Shown here in pieces: positions 10,919-22,263 of a DNA stretch of 64,000 nt. The notes beneath the pieces are model-generated. The model was not told the DNA's origin, did no database searches, and saw nothing but the letters and a program-made list of their open reading frames with translations. The position numbers and the translations under genes are program-made. Each line of letters opens with the position of its first letter. The stretch's first letter is position 1. Source of the stretch: an uncultured Chloroflexia bacterium (lineage in GTDB: Bacteria; Chloroflexota; Limnocylindria; Limnocylindrales; CSP1-4); contig CAVVCZ010000002.1 of the NCBI GenBank assembly GCA_963746845.1, positions 64,001-128,000 of the forward strand, read 5' to 3'.

Positions 10919-11286
10919 CGGCTACCTCCACTCGAACCGTAGGCTCGACACCCGGGCTCGGCGAGGGCTGAACGGCGTCTTCGAGAGGGCCGAACGGCCG
11001 GTGTTGACGACGACCGCTCCGGAGCGTCGGCTCCCCGCGCCCTCAGAGTGAGAGGAGCGAGGGGGCGGTCCGCCTCGGAGAAGCCCGGCCGGCGAGGCCG
11101 CCCGAGAACCGCTGGACATCCTCGCCGCGGAGCATCAGCGAGCGAAGGAGTCCTGCACGCAGCCTCCGGTTGCGCACAAACCGACGCGCGTCAGAAGTCG
11201 TGGCGGTCGGTCGCCAGGACGGCCATGGTCAGCGCAACTTCATCAGCTCGGCTGCGCACCGTCGCGCCAGTCCCCGAAACCCGTGA

Positions 11287-11400
11287 TCAGTCCGGCGGGA
11301 CGTTGTGGTTGAGCCGGAACAGGTTCTCCGGGTCGTACGTGCGTTTGAGGGCGATCAACCGCTCGAGCTTCTCCTGGCCGTAGACGAGCTCGGCCAGCTG
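11287..11400 (-). pseudogene. C-terminal remnant of a BBE-domain FAD-linked oxidase
   Basis: Hand translation AELVYGQEKLERLIALKRTYDPENLFRLNHNVPPD*; no FAD-binding N-terminal part upstream. Confidence 0.75.
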
Positions 11401-11508
11401 TCGCGAGTCGGGACGGCCGGCGCCCTGGGTGAGTACGGCCCGCAGGCGACCCACCGATGCCTCCTGACGAGTCGCGAGGCCGCCTCGAAACCCGTCTCCA
11501 ACGGAGAT

Positions 11509-12331
11509 CTACTTCTTTGGCTTGGACGGCTTGCCGGTATCCCTGCCGGGCTGGAGCCCGGGTTGCCGCCTTTGGCGGAACGGCGGGCCGCCGCGGCTTT
11601 GCCGGGAAGGCCTTCATCGGCCTGGCCGGCGCCGGCGATGGGCTCGGCGCTGTCGTACGCCAGAGCCTGCGCCATCCCGCCCATCGCCGCCGCGGCAGCG
11701 AGTTCAGCGGCTCCTGCGGCCGCCGATCGCACGGCCGCCGCCGCCATTTCGGCACTTCGCGGCCCCAAACGCATCGGAGCTCGCGTATTCGTCGCGCCCC
11801 TCGCCCATCTCGGTCCGTCCGAGCGCCGCGAGCTCACCCGCGAGGTGCTCCGCTCCGTGGGCCACGAGAGCGCCCTCGGTGGCTCGGCGGAGCGCGTCGG
11901 TTGCCAGGACGCGCAGCCGGCGGCCCGTCCGGCCGAGAAAGGCCGCGAGCGTCGGCTGCCCGAACGGGCCCCGGACGAGCTCCGCGGCCACCTGGACCTG
12001 GCCGGCGATGCCTGCAGGTCCATGCCGCGGCGGAACTCGTCGGTGCTGAGCGCGGCGGCGAGTGCTCCGCCGGCGGCGACTTCGTCGGCCATGTCGAGGG
12101 TCGCAGCGCCCTCGGCGGCGTCGCGCGCACCTCGCCGGGCGGCCGCATCGCTCAGGGTCGAATAGGTCGCTGCGACGGCCGCCTCGTCCTCGCCGCGGGT
12201 CACATCGGCAGCCCGGGCCGCGGCTTGACTCAGCGCGGCCGCGGATGCCGCGTCGGCGGCGGCCTTCGCCGCGGCGCGGGGCTCGGTTCGGGTACCGAAC
12301 CCGACCTTCCCCCTGGTTTCCGAGCCGGCAT
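11509..12331 (-). CDS. Ala-rich hypothetical protein (frameshifted; boundaries approximate)
   Basis: Coding-like segments DMADEVAAGG.., AGIAGQVQVAAEL..LAAFLGRTG.. and a basic tail GKPSKPKK* across several frames. Confidence 0.5.
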
Positions 12332-12756
12332 CTCGCCTCCCGCCACCAGGGCCCTCGGCAACTCATGTGCCCGGCATCGGCCTCCGGTTGGCGCGATCTG
12401 ACCAAACCCCAAGGGATCGTCGTCGACGTGCGGAGCGGGGGCCGCACCTATCCTAGTCCTCCGGCCAAACACGCCCGCATGTGTTCGTCGCGATGCGCAA
12501 CACGGTTGCTGAGTTGGCCGGAGATCCAGACACCGGTACTGCGGGGACTGGTCATCGCAGCCCCTCCCTCCCTGAGGGCGGTCGTCGAGTCGCCGCCGGC
12601 CGTTCCACTCGTTGCGGCCCCGGAGACGACCTGCTGCCTGGGACGAGGGACAGCGGGGGCCCGTCGACGACCGCCGAGCCAGCGGGTGCTTGATCGGCCT
12701 CCAGCGTGGGACGCAAAAGGGCCTCCTCGCGCTGATCTGATGGCTCTGCGGCCGGA

Positions 12757-12981
12757 TCAGCGTCGCGGTTTCGTCGGCTCGACCTTCTTCGTGGGATGGA
12801 CGACATGAGCGATTCCGCCCGCCGGCCGGATCGTCGACTCGTGCCCGTCGTCCCAGGCGACGCGGTAGCGGGTCCCGTACTCGGCCTCGATCACCTCGAG
12901 AATCTCGCCTTCGCGAGCCGGTTCGCCGGCCTTGTCGGAGTCGATCAGGATGCGGTCCCGTTGCTTGACCACCATGGCCAC
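12757..12981 (-). CDS. DUF1918 family protein
   Basis: DRILIDS..GEPAREGEILEV...YRVAWDDGHESTIRP; GGAGGAGG RBS. Confidence 0.85.
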   Translation of the reverse strand: MAMVVKQRDRILIDSDKAGEPAREGEILEVIEAEYGTRYRVAWDDGHESTIRPAGGIAHVVHPTKKVEPTKPRR

Positions 12982-13102
12982 CTCCTCCGTTGCGTGGTCG
13001 GGTGGCCCCGAGGGTCGCCCTGTAGGTGGCCCTCATGATCGTGCGAAGGACGCGCCCCGGCCAGTGCCAACTGTCCCGACATCGCTACCCTCGACGGTCG
13101 TC

Positions 13103-13933
13103 TCAGCCGAGCTTGGTCGACAACTTGATGCTGTCGACGACCGGCTGCGCGACCGGGGCGAACGTCGTCGCGTCGACGACGTTGTAGACGACGTACAGCA
13201 TGTGGGGTCCGTCGCCGATCTGCGCGAGGTACAGCCGGGTCTTCATGTCGCTGGCGATCGCCCACGGTTCAGGGAACTCCGGGAACGTGAAGATCGCCGC
13301 GCAGGCGCGCGTGGGGCAGCCCGGGTCACCGTTTGGCGCGTCTTCTGAGACGGCGATATCCATCACGAGGGCAGGGAGCTTGTCCTGACCGATGGTCGTC
13401 TGCCTGGCCGGCGAGACCGTCAGCTCGCGGACACCATGGAGCCAGTCGCTGACGGCGCTCGGAGTGTTGGCGACCCCTGTGACCGGTTTGCCGTCCCAGG
13501 TGACCGGGCTCATGTCGAGCCAGAACACGATCGAGTCGCCTTCCCCATGGGTGCCGGCGACGTCCAGGGCGAACTCCCCCGTGCTGTCCTCATGGCTGGA
13601 CCATCTGTCGTTCAGCGTGACCGTCAGTCCACCTGGGTAGAAGTTCACCGTCGTGTACGTCCCGGCAGGGAGCGGGCCAGGCTGGCTCAGCGCAGGTGGC
13701 TGCATCTGCATGAGCAGGCAGGCGGGATCGCACGAGGGCGTCGGCTGCGAGACGGATGGGCTGGCGTCCGCAAGCGCCGTCGTGGAGGCTGACGGTCGCG
13801 CGACCGGGGTCGGCACCGCGCTGGCGGCCGCAGGTGACGAGGGCGCCGGAAGGCTGGCGCCGGGACCGGAACAGGCCGCGGTCAGCAGGGCGATGAGCGT
13901 GGCCAAGAGCCAGCGCGACTCGAGATGACGCAT
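13103..13933 (-). CDS. Lipoprotein of unknown function
   Basis: Lipobox LTAAC, Pro/Ser linker, GPLPAGTY domain ending VVDSI. Confidence 0.8.
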   Translation of the reverse strand: MRHLESRWLLATLIALLTAACSGPGASLPAPSSPAAASAVPTPVARPSASTTALADASPSVSQPTPSCDPACLLMQMQPPALSQPGPLPAGTYTTVNFYPGGLTVTLNDRWSSHEDSTGEFALDVAGTHGEGDSIVFWLDMSPVTWDGKPVTGVANTPSAVSDWLHGVRELTVSPARQTTIGQDKLPALVMDIAVSEDAPNGDPGCPTRACAAIFTFPEFPEPWAIASDMKTRLYLAQIGDGPHMLYVVYNVVDATTFAPVAQPVVDSIKLSTKLG

Positions 13934-14094
13934 GGCGATCTGCTACCTCGTGCACTCAGATCCTGGTAGCAATGTAACCGTCGTCATCGCGCGAACAGCA
14001 GTGATCGATCGCCAGCAGCGCTTCGTCCAGCGCACCTTGCAGACGCACGCGACAGGGCATGCCAGTCCGAACGCTGGTCGCCATTCAAGGAACG

Positions 14095-14139
14095 TGGAGC
14101 CGACGCTCGGATTTGAACCGAGGACCTGCTGCCTACGAA
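14095..14139 (-). repeat. Displaced 3' half of tRNA-Thr(CGT) (att-like site)
   Basis: 42/45 identical to 19629-19673; runs from the CCA end to the anticodon loop. Confidence 0.92.
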
Positions 14140-14351
14140 GTCGTTCGGCCTAAGCGTTGTGGCCGAGCGTGGAATCGCCGCGTCGAGCCGGGGTCGAGAT
14201 CACCATCGGTTGTTTCCGATCTGCGCAGTCCGGGATCGTCGCGTTGCGCCGCTTGCATCCCCATGTCGTGCTGCGTCTGTGCGCGTAAGCCAGCGAGGGC
14301 GCCTCGCCATGGGACCCGGATTCTGGCCGGACTCGGACGTAGACTGCGCCG

Positions 14352-17300
14352 ATGCCGAGCTGTCCGCAGGTGGCCGTGAGCGACCGGGGCAATTCCCCCG
14401 CTGCGGCTACTGCGGCGAGCGGTTCGCCGATGTCGCCCCGATGCCGGATGTCAGCCGCACGGTCACCTTCCTCACTTCCGATCTGCAGGGCTCAACGGCG
14501 CTCGCCGAGCGGCTCGATCCGGAGACCCTGCGGGAGGTCCTCGACCTCTACTTCGACGACATGCGAGCCGTCTTCGAATTGCGCGGCGCGATCATCGAGA
14601 AGATCATCGGCGATGCCATCCTGGCCGTCTTCGGGCTGAGCGGCTCGCGCGGGGATCACGCCCTTCAGGCCGTCCGAGCGGCGGCCGAAGGCCAGGCGGC
14701 CCAGCAGGCCTTGAACGCGCGACTCGAGGCCCGCTGGGGGGTCCAGCTCGTGGTTCGGACCGGGATCGCCACCGGCCCGCTGGTCGTCAGAGCAGCCAGC
14801 GCCGACGAGCATATCCTGACCGGCGACGTCATTCAGCGCTCTGGCCGGCTCGAGCAGTCGGCGCCGCCCCACGAGGTGCTCCTGGACGAGCCCACGCATG
14901 CGGCCGCCACCGCGCTCGCGACCATCGCGGCCGAGCCGTTCGTCGCGAGACCGAAGACCGCCGCGGCCTCGTCACACGATGCGGCCTTGCCAATCTCGGC
15001 GTTCCGGCTTGTCTCGGTCGATCCGGAACGTGCAGGTCCACCCGGCTCCGCGCCGACCGAGGCAGTCGGCGTCCAGACCTGCCGGAACTGCGGAACGGCG
15101 AACCCCGACGACTTCCGCCTGTGCGGTGGGTGCGGCGGCCAGCTCGGCGTCGCGCATGTCGCGGAGATGAGGAAGACGGTGACCATCGTTTTCGCCTTTC
15201 TGGACGCCCGCGACCTGGCCGGTGAGCCGCTGACCGCAGACGTCCAGCGCGACGTCATGGCGCGTGCATTCGACGCGTCACGCATCGCTCTCGCCCGTCA
15301 CGGCGGCACGATCGAGAAGTTCATCGGCGATGCCGTGATGGCCGTCTTCGGCCTGCCCGTCCGCCACGAGGACGATGCGTTGCGCGCCGTCCGCGCCGCC
15401 CTGGACATGCGCGCGGGCCTGTCGGTCCTGGCCACCGAGCTGGCGCAGGAATCGGCGATCGACTTCGAAGTTGCGATCGGCGTCAACACCGGTGAGGTCA
15501 TCACGGGCGAAGCGAGCCTCGGCCAGCGCCTCGTGACCGGTGACGCCGTCAACGTCGCGGCGCGCCTCGAACAGGCCGCCGCCCCCGGGGAGATTCTCAT
15601 CGGCGACCTGACCGCGAGGCTGGTACGCGAGACCGCGAGACTCGAACAGGTCGAATTGCTCACGCTCAAGGGCAAATCGCAACCCGTCCCCGCTCATCGA
15701 CTCATGGGCGTCCTGGGCGCATCGATCGCCGCCATTCGACCCGCGACTGCCATGGTCGGACGCGAGACCGAGATGCGGCTCCTGACGGATGCGCTCGATG
15801 GGGCCATCGAAACACGTGGCTGTCGCATCGTCACCCTCATCGGTGACGCCGGCGTCGGCAAGACGCGCCTCTCGAAGGAGTTCCTCGAATCTGCCCGAGC
15901 TCATGCCACGATCGTGAGCGGGCGCTGCCTTCCGTATGGCGACGGCATCACCTTCTGGCCCGTCGTCGAGGTCGTCCAGGGCGCCGCGGGCCTGCTCGAT
16001 TCGGACACGCCGGCCAAGGCCATCCGGAAGCTTCGGCGCATCCTCGGTGACAAAGAGGTGGTCGATCGGATCGCGGCGGCCGTCGGCTTGCGCGATGCGC
16101 CGTTCCAGGTCGGCGAGCTCTTCTGGGGGATCCGCCGGTTTCTGGAGATCCTCGCCGCCGGCAAACCGCTGGTGGTTCTGTTCGACGACATCCAGTGGGC
16201 CGAACCGACGTTTCTCGACCTGCTTGGCCACCTGACCGCGAACGTGCGCGACGAGCCGATCCTGCTCTTGTGCATGGCCCGCCATGCGCTTCTGGAGAAG
16301 CAGCCGACGTGGGGCCAGGGGCCGGACGAACGAACCATCGTCCTGTCGCCGCTGTCAGACGCGGATGCTGCGCGCGTGACGGCGAACCTCCTCGGCAAGG
16401 TCGGACTGGCGGATGCGGTTCAGGACCGGGTCGTCGCCGCTGCCGAGGGCAACCCGCTGTTCGTCGAGCAGCTCGTCTCGATGCTCCAGGAAACCGGCAT
16501 GCTGCGGCTCATCGAGGGTCGGTGGGAGCCAGCCGGCGACCTGTCCACGCTGGCCATCCCACCGACCATCCACGCGCTGCTGGCAGCCCGCCTCGACCAG
16601 CTGCCGGAGGGCGAGCGGGCAACCGTCGATCCCGCCTCGGTCATCGGCCTGGTCTTCCCGCAGGTCGCGCTGCAGGCGATCGTCGATGACGACGTCCGCG
16701 ACCAGGTCCCGGAGCGCCTCGACGAGCTCACCACGCGGCAGCTGGTGCGCCCGACGGACCCGGCCGACAGCGAGAACGACGAGTACCGCTTCACCCATTT
16801 GATGATCCGGGACGCGACCTACGCAGGACTCCTGAAGCGCACGAGGGCGCGCCTCCACGAGCGGTTCGTGGCGTGGGCCGACGAGGCCAATCGGGCGACC
16901 GAGCGCGTGACCGAGTTCGAGGAGATCCTCGGCTACCACCTCGAGCAGGCGCATCGCTACCTCTTCGAGCTTGGCCCGCTCGACGAGCACGGGTCGGCCA
17001 TCGGCATCGACGCGTCCGGGCGCCTGGCCTCCGCCGGCCAGCGGGCCTTCGTGCGTGGTGACATGCCGGCCACCGCGAATCTCGTCCGCCGCGCGGTCGA
17101 CCTGCTGCCGGACGATCACGCGGCGAGGCCGAATCTGTTGTTCCAGCTCGGGCTGGCGCTCTGGGAAGTCGGCGAGGGCGAGGCAGCGGACGCCGCCTGC
17201 GCCGGGGCGATCGAGGGCGCGTCGCGGCTGGGAGACGTGGGGCTCGAGACGACCGCCCGGCTGGAGCGCGTCATGAACCAGTACTACGCCGATCCTTCCA

Positions 17301-18277
17301 AAGTCGAGGGCGACATCGAGGCGCAGATCCGCCAGAGCATCGCCATCCTCGAGCGCCTGGGCGACGACGCCGGTCTCGCGCGGGCCTGGCTGTCGATGAG
17401 CGGGGTGCGTATCGTCGGCACCCGCTGGGGCGAGGCCGCAGAGGCAGTCGAGCGGGTCATCGGACACGCGCAGAAGGCGGGCGACCGCGTGCTCGAGATC
17501 CGGGCCGGCCCGAACCTGGCGATGTGCGCGCAGTTCGGTCCGACGCCCGTCCCGGAAGCGATCCGGCTGTGCGAGGAGATCATCGCTCGCTCGACCGGCG
17601 ACCAGAAGGCCGAGGCGGTGACGCTGCGCAGCCTCGCCCACCTCCACGCCAAGCGCGGCGAGTTCGACATTGCCCGCGACGAATATCGGCGGGCGCGTCG
17701 AACGCTCGAGGAGCTCGGCTGGAAGTTCCATGCCGCCCTCACCTCGATCGACTCAGGCCCCATCGAGATGCTGGCCGGCGATCCGGTTGCGGCCGAGGCG
17801 GAGTTGCGACACGACTACGAGGCGCTCGATCGGCTCGGCGACCGCAACTACATCTCGACGGTGGCCGCCTACCTCGCCGAGGCCCTCTGCCAGCAGGGCC
17901 GGTTCGACGACGCGTCCACGATGGCGTCGTTCAGCGCCGATGTCGCAGCGCCCGACGACGTGTATACACAGGTCGCGCTTCGGCGTGTTCGGGGCAAAGT
18001 GCACTCCTGGCTCCGTCGGCACGATGCGGCTGAAGCCGCGTGTCGCGAAGCCGTCGACCTGAGCCGGACCGAGGATGATCCGACGGACCAGGCCAATGCG
18101 CTGTCGGACCTCGCGCTCGTCCTGCGCGCCGCCGGCCGGGATGCAGAGGCGATTGCAGCCGGGACCGAGGCACTGGCGCTGTATGAGCGCAAGGGCAACG
18201 TCGTTTCAGCGGCCCGAACCCGGCAATCCCTCGCAGCCGCCGTCGAGGAGACGGCGCTGACGAGCGACCGTCGCTGA
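14352..18277 (+). CDS. Tandem class III adenylate/guanylate cyclase with zinc ribbons, AAA/STAND-like ATPase and TPR-like C-terminus
   Basis: MPSCPQ[C]GRERPGQFPRCGYCG needs a 1-bp fix near 14369; SDLQGST, EKIIGDA, CRNCG..CGGCG, EKFIGDA, GDAVNVAARL, Walker A GDAGVGKT, FDDIQWA, GNPLF. Confidence 0.92.
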
Positions 18278-18283
18278 CATGAG

Positions 18284-18311
18284 ACAGCGCGCCCGTGGCC
18301 GGGCGCGCTGT
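18284..18311. terminator. Hairpin between convergent genes
   Basis: ACAGCGCGCCCG / CGGGCGCGCTGT perfect 12-bp stem. Confidence 0.7.
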
Positions 18312-18352
18312 GTCTGATGAAGATGGATCCCGCGCGGGGCGGGAAGCAGCAC

Positions 18353-19298
18353 CTACCGCGGATAGCCGGCCGGGTCGAACGTGCCCGGAGGGGCCAGGAC
18401 CCCGAAGAACCCGACGTTGTGCTGGCCGGACTTCTTGAAGAGCACGCACGGCCCGGTCGCGTTCTTGCCGCAGGCCGGGAGCAGCCCGGTGAAGGGAGTC
18501 CCGTCAGCCAGGAAACCGTCCCAGCAGACGTTGAACTGCCCGATGCCCTTGTTCACGAGATTGGACGCGAGCGCAAAGATGATCGTCTTCGGACCGGAGG
18601 CAGTGGTGTTGTGGAACGTCAACACGCCGTTCGAATCGAGCGGAGGGCCTCCGCAGGCGGTCGTCATGGCCGGAATGGCGGGCCCGAAGCCAACACCTGT
18701 GAACGTTCCATCGTCAGAGAACAGGGTCGCGGCTGTAGAGGAACCGTTGAAGACCTGCGTGCACACCACATTGTCCGGACAAGGGGCGATGGGTTGCGTC
18801 TGCGGGATGAAGTCGGCCGTGAAGAAAGTCTCGCCGTCTTCGTAGCTGCACGTTGCGGTGGACGGGGCGCTGGCTTCCAGCTTGTAGAAGCTTGGCGTCC
18901 GTGACGCTGATGTTGAACGTCGCGATGCTCTTCGACGCCTTGGCCGTGTAGGAAGCGCAGGATCGAGGACTCCTCACCGTCGCTCCTGAAGACGTCGAGC
19001 GTCACCGTGGTCCGCGAACACGGATCGGAGCTCGGCAGGATCGTGTTTCCTTCACCACCGCTATGATGGCGACCTGGACGGAGAACGTCTGAAAGGTCAT
19101 CACCGTGTCCGGCGCTGTGATGACCAGGTTGCACTCGGCCGGGCCCTCGCCCTCGCCCTCGCCTACGTAAGCAAGACACGCCGAGGACGCCGAAGCGGCG
19201 TTGGCGATACCGCCGATCGGGATGAGCACGGTTGCGGCCAATGCAAGGGTCACCGCCGCAGCGGACATGCCGCGGCGAACGCGCGAGACTGTGTGCAT
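18353..19298 (-). CDS. Secreted Cys-containing hypothetical protein (several frameshifts)
   Basis: GAGGAGG RBS, signal peptide MHTVSRVRRGMSAAAVTLALAATVLIPIGGIANA; the C-terminal frame ends ..DPAGYPR*. Confidence 0.6.
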
Positions 19299-19628
19299 CG
19301 ACACCCTCCTCGATACCGATCCATGGCGGCCTGCCACCGCGAACACAACAGCCAAACCGTCGGACCCAGGGGTTCCGGTATCAGGCCCCAAGGTACTGCG
19401 AATGTGTTGACAGCTGTCACGCCCGCAACAATGGGCGGTGTGTCCACGCACCACATCGAGGAACCGCCGGTGCCGGCCTGATCAAGCGGGACTGCGCAAG
19501 CAGAATGTGTCGCGAGCTCGGATCCGGTCTCCCGTGCGACTTCCTCGGAGAGACCTCAACTCTGCGCTGCGCCAATTCCGATGAACCAGTTCGGTGCGCG
19601 CCCCCGCGGACCAGGTCGCACCGATTCG

Positions 19629-19703
19629 TGGAGCCGACACTCGGATTTGAACCGAGGACCTGCTGTTTACGAAACAGCTGCTCTACCGCTGAGCTATGTC
19701 GGC
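19629..19703 (-). tRNA. tRNA-Thr(CGT)
   Basis: GCCGACATAGCTCAGCGGTAGAGCAGCTGTTTCGTAAACAGCAGGTCCTCGGTTCAAATCCGAGTGTCGGCTCCA folds as a cloverleaf; anticodon loop TTCGTAA, encoded CCA, TACTCT -10-like box upstream. Confidence 0.97.
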
Positions 19704-21737
19704 GCCGATCAAGAGTAGCCGATGCTGAGAGGACAGCAGGTGTTTGGCTTCGCCGGAACATGCTCGGGTCGTGCTCAGAGCGGTAGCAGAGCGCTCGAAC
19801 AGCTGATGACCGGCTTCGAAGCGCCGAAGCAGCCGGACATGCTCATTACCCTCGGCTCGCTCGACTCACACCCGCCTTTCAAACGGACGAGTCATGCAGA
19901 TGGCCAGGAGGCGCCGGTGCTCGCGCGGTCGAGGGCGATTTCGGCGGTCCAAGCCGGAAAGGAAGGACTCTACCCTAACCGTCTTCGCGTCCGGGTTTAG
20001 GACCACTCAATTGACGGTGGGATCGATGATGGAGGCACGCCACGCGTAGCGCCGCGGCCCGCCACCCGCCAGTGACTCCGGGCCACGAGGGAGTTTCGAT
20101 GACCGACGAGGCGCAACTGACGAGTCCGCGAATCCAACGGCTGCGGCGCGAGATGGAGAGTCGAGGCCCGGCAGCCGTCGATTCGTTCTGGGACGAGGTC
20201 GAAGCCGCGACGACGCCGCTTGTCGAAGCCATCCCCGACGACGACACGGACGTCCTTGTGACTTTCGTTTGGCGCGGAGATTCGGACACGAAGTCCGTTC
20301 GCGTCTGGCATGACGACATGCTCGGGACTACTCCGGCCGAGGCCGCGATGCTCCGGCTCGGCGAGACCAACGTATGGCACAAGACGTTCCGCCTCGCGTC
20401 CGCCCTCCGGTTCGAATACGTCTTCTATCCAAACGATCCTGAGCTGGATGACGAGCCGCTGCCGAGCCCGGAGACGTACGAGGTCGCCCTCCGGCTGGAT
20501 CCGCTTAACCCGAAGCGGTATCTCCTCCCGGACGACGGTGAGCATCCCGAGTGGAACGACTTTTTCGGCGGTTGGTCCAGCTGGGTGAAGCGCGAGCAGT
20601 CGCTCGCGGAGCTGCCGGCGGCGCTTCCCCAGCCCTGGGTGGCAGAGCGCGCCGACGTGGCGAAGGGAATCGTCGACAAGCATCGCTTCGAGAGCGCGAC
20701 TCTCGGCAACACGCGGGCGGTCTACGTCTACACGTCGCCGGGATACGACGCGACCAGCGAATCCACATGGCTCCTCATTCTCTTCGACGCCTGGAGCTAC
20801 CGCGCGATCATCCCGATGCCGACGATCCTCGACAACCTCGTCGCCGATGGTGACATCCCGCCGCTCGCCGCCGTGCTCGTCGACCATCCATCGTTCGACG
20901 AACGGATGCGGGAGCTGTCGTTCGAGGAGCCCGGTCCCGCCTTCGAAACGGCCGTAGCAGACGAGGTCATGCCCTGGATCGGGGAGCGGTACCGCGTTGC
21001 CTCGGACGCGCGACGGGTCATCATCGGTGGTGCCAGCAACGGCGCCGATGCGGCCGCACGGATCGCCGTGGCTCACCCCGAGCTGTTTGGCAACGTGCTC
21101 TCGCAATCGGGGACCTACGGGCGGTCGCCCTCCGGTGACACCGAACCGGAGTGGCTAGCTCGGTGGATTGCCAAATCGCCGCGGCTACCGATCCGGTTCC
21201 ACCTGGAGGCCGGGACGATGGAGAGCGACCCCGGCAGGAGTGGAGTCAGCATTCTCCAGTCGAACCGGCATCTTCGGACGGTCCTCCGCGCTCGCGACTA
21301 CGACGTCCACCTGGTCGAGTTCAGTGGCGGACACCAAATGCTGTGCTGGCAAGGAACCATCCGCGACGCCCTAATGTGGCTCATGTCCGCAGGCACATGA
21401 CGCGCCCATCGGGCTCGCTTCGGAGTGAGGTACGGTGGGGGTCCTCGGTATTCGGTGGTCCGCGTAGCACCGAATTCGCCGGCGACTGTGTCGCGGCCTG
21501 CATTCCCGGATGACAGCGTTGCGGCGATGGCATCGGTATGCGACCGCGCGCGCACACGCCTCACGAACACGGGCGTTTAGTGAGCGGTCTCGGTTGTCCA
21601 GGGCCCGGGGTTAGCGCCAGCGGGCCGCAGCGTCGATCCTAGACGGGCACCCCTCGAAACGAACAGCTGATAAGTGTGCCCGTTTCTATCGACCCGGAAC
21701 GCTTGTAGCACTGCGCAGGGGGCGGGAGACTTACGAA
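19667..21737. mobile_element. Putative integrase-free cassette 1 bounded by TTACGAA cores
   Basis: Direct repeat of the tRNA 5' half at both ends; both ends are homologous to those of 25214-27955. Confidence 0.65.
20099..21400 (+). CDS. Enterochelin esterase (Fes)-like alpha/beta hydrolase
   Basis: VLVTFVWRG, DPLNP, R.VYVYTSPGY, nucleophile GASNG, FGNVLSQSG, FSGGH. Confidence 0.88.
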   Translation: MTDEAQLTSPRIQRLRREMESRGPAAVDSFWDEVEAATTPLVEAIPDDDTDVLVTFVWRGDSDTKSVRVWHDDMLGTTPAEAAMLRLGETNVWHKTFRLASALRFEYVFYPNDPELDDEPLPSPETYEVALRLDPLNPKRYLLPDDGEHPEWNDFFGGWSSWVKREQSLAELPAALPQPWVAERADVAKGIVDKHRFESATLGNTRAVYVYTSPGYDATSESTWLLILFDAWSYRAIIPMPTILDNLVADGDIPPLAAVLVDHPSFDERMRELSFEEPGPAFETAVADEVMPWIGERYRVASDARRVIIGGASNGADAAARIAVAHPELFGNVLSQSGTYGRSPSGDTEPEWLARWIAKSPRLPIRFHLEAGTMESDPGRSGVSILQSNRHLRTVLRARDYDVHLVEFSGGHQMLCWQGTIRDALMWLMSAGT

Positions 21738-21767
21738 ACAGCTGCTCTACCGCTGAGCTATGTCGGC
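21731..21767 (-). repeat. 5' half of tRNA-Thr(CGT), copy B
   Basis: 37/37 identical to 19667-19703; begins exactly at the anticodon loop. Confidence 0.95.
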
Positions 21768-21770
21768 GCC

Positions 21771-22214
21771 GACAAGGAGGAGAGGCCCGTCCCGCAGGTC
21801 ATCCACACTGAGCCCGACTTCGCCGCCGCGCTCGAGCCATCGGAGTCGTGGATGCTGGACACGCTCGTCGTCCAGACGCACGCGGTTCTCGAGCGGACAC
21901 GCGAGATCTTCGAGCATTCGATGCCGGCGGACACTGCTGTCGAACCACGTCTGGCGGGCAAGCCGTTCACGTTCGACCCAGCCGTGGCGGAACCGTGCCC
22001 CGCGCCGACCCTGTTCGTCATGGGTCGGCAGGACCGTTACGTCGGATACAAGAGGGCCTGGTCGATCCTGGACGACTTCCCGCGCGCGACGTACGCGGTG
22101 CTGGATCGGGCCGGCCACCTGCTCGATGTCGAGCAGTTCACGCTCCAGCACGCGCTGGTGAACGAGTGGCTCGATCGGGTCGAGGAGTCCGTCGCGGAGG
22201 CTATTCCGGCCTAG
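21771..22214 (+). pseudogene. 5'-truncated alpha/beta hydrolase
   Basis: PTLFVMGRQD, LDRAGH; the frame stays open back to the tRNA-half junction with no start codon or nucleophile motif. Confidence 0.7.
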
Positions 22215-22263
22215 GCGATCCGATCCGGCGTCATCGTCCCGTCGGTGACCCTGAGCCGTCCGG

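Noticed and set aside
14159-14351. N-terminal extension of the cyclase ORF as given in the ORF track
   Set aside because: A zinc-ribbon start at 14352 with a 1-bp indel fits better; the extension overlaps the att-flank region.
21660-21690. GCTGATAAG as a dif/Xer site
   Set aside because: It resembles one XerC-type arm only; there is no TTATGT(C/T)AA-like XerD arm after a 6-bp spacer.
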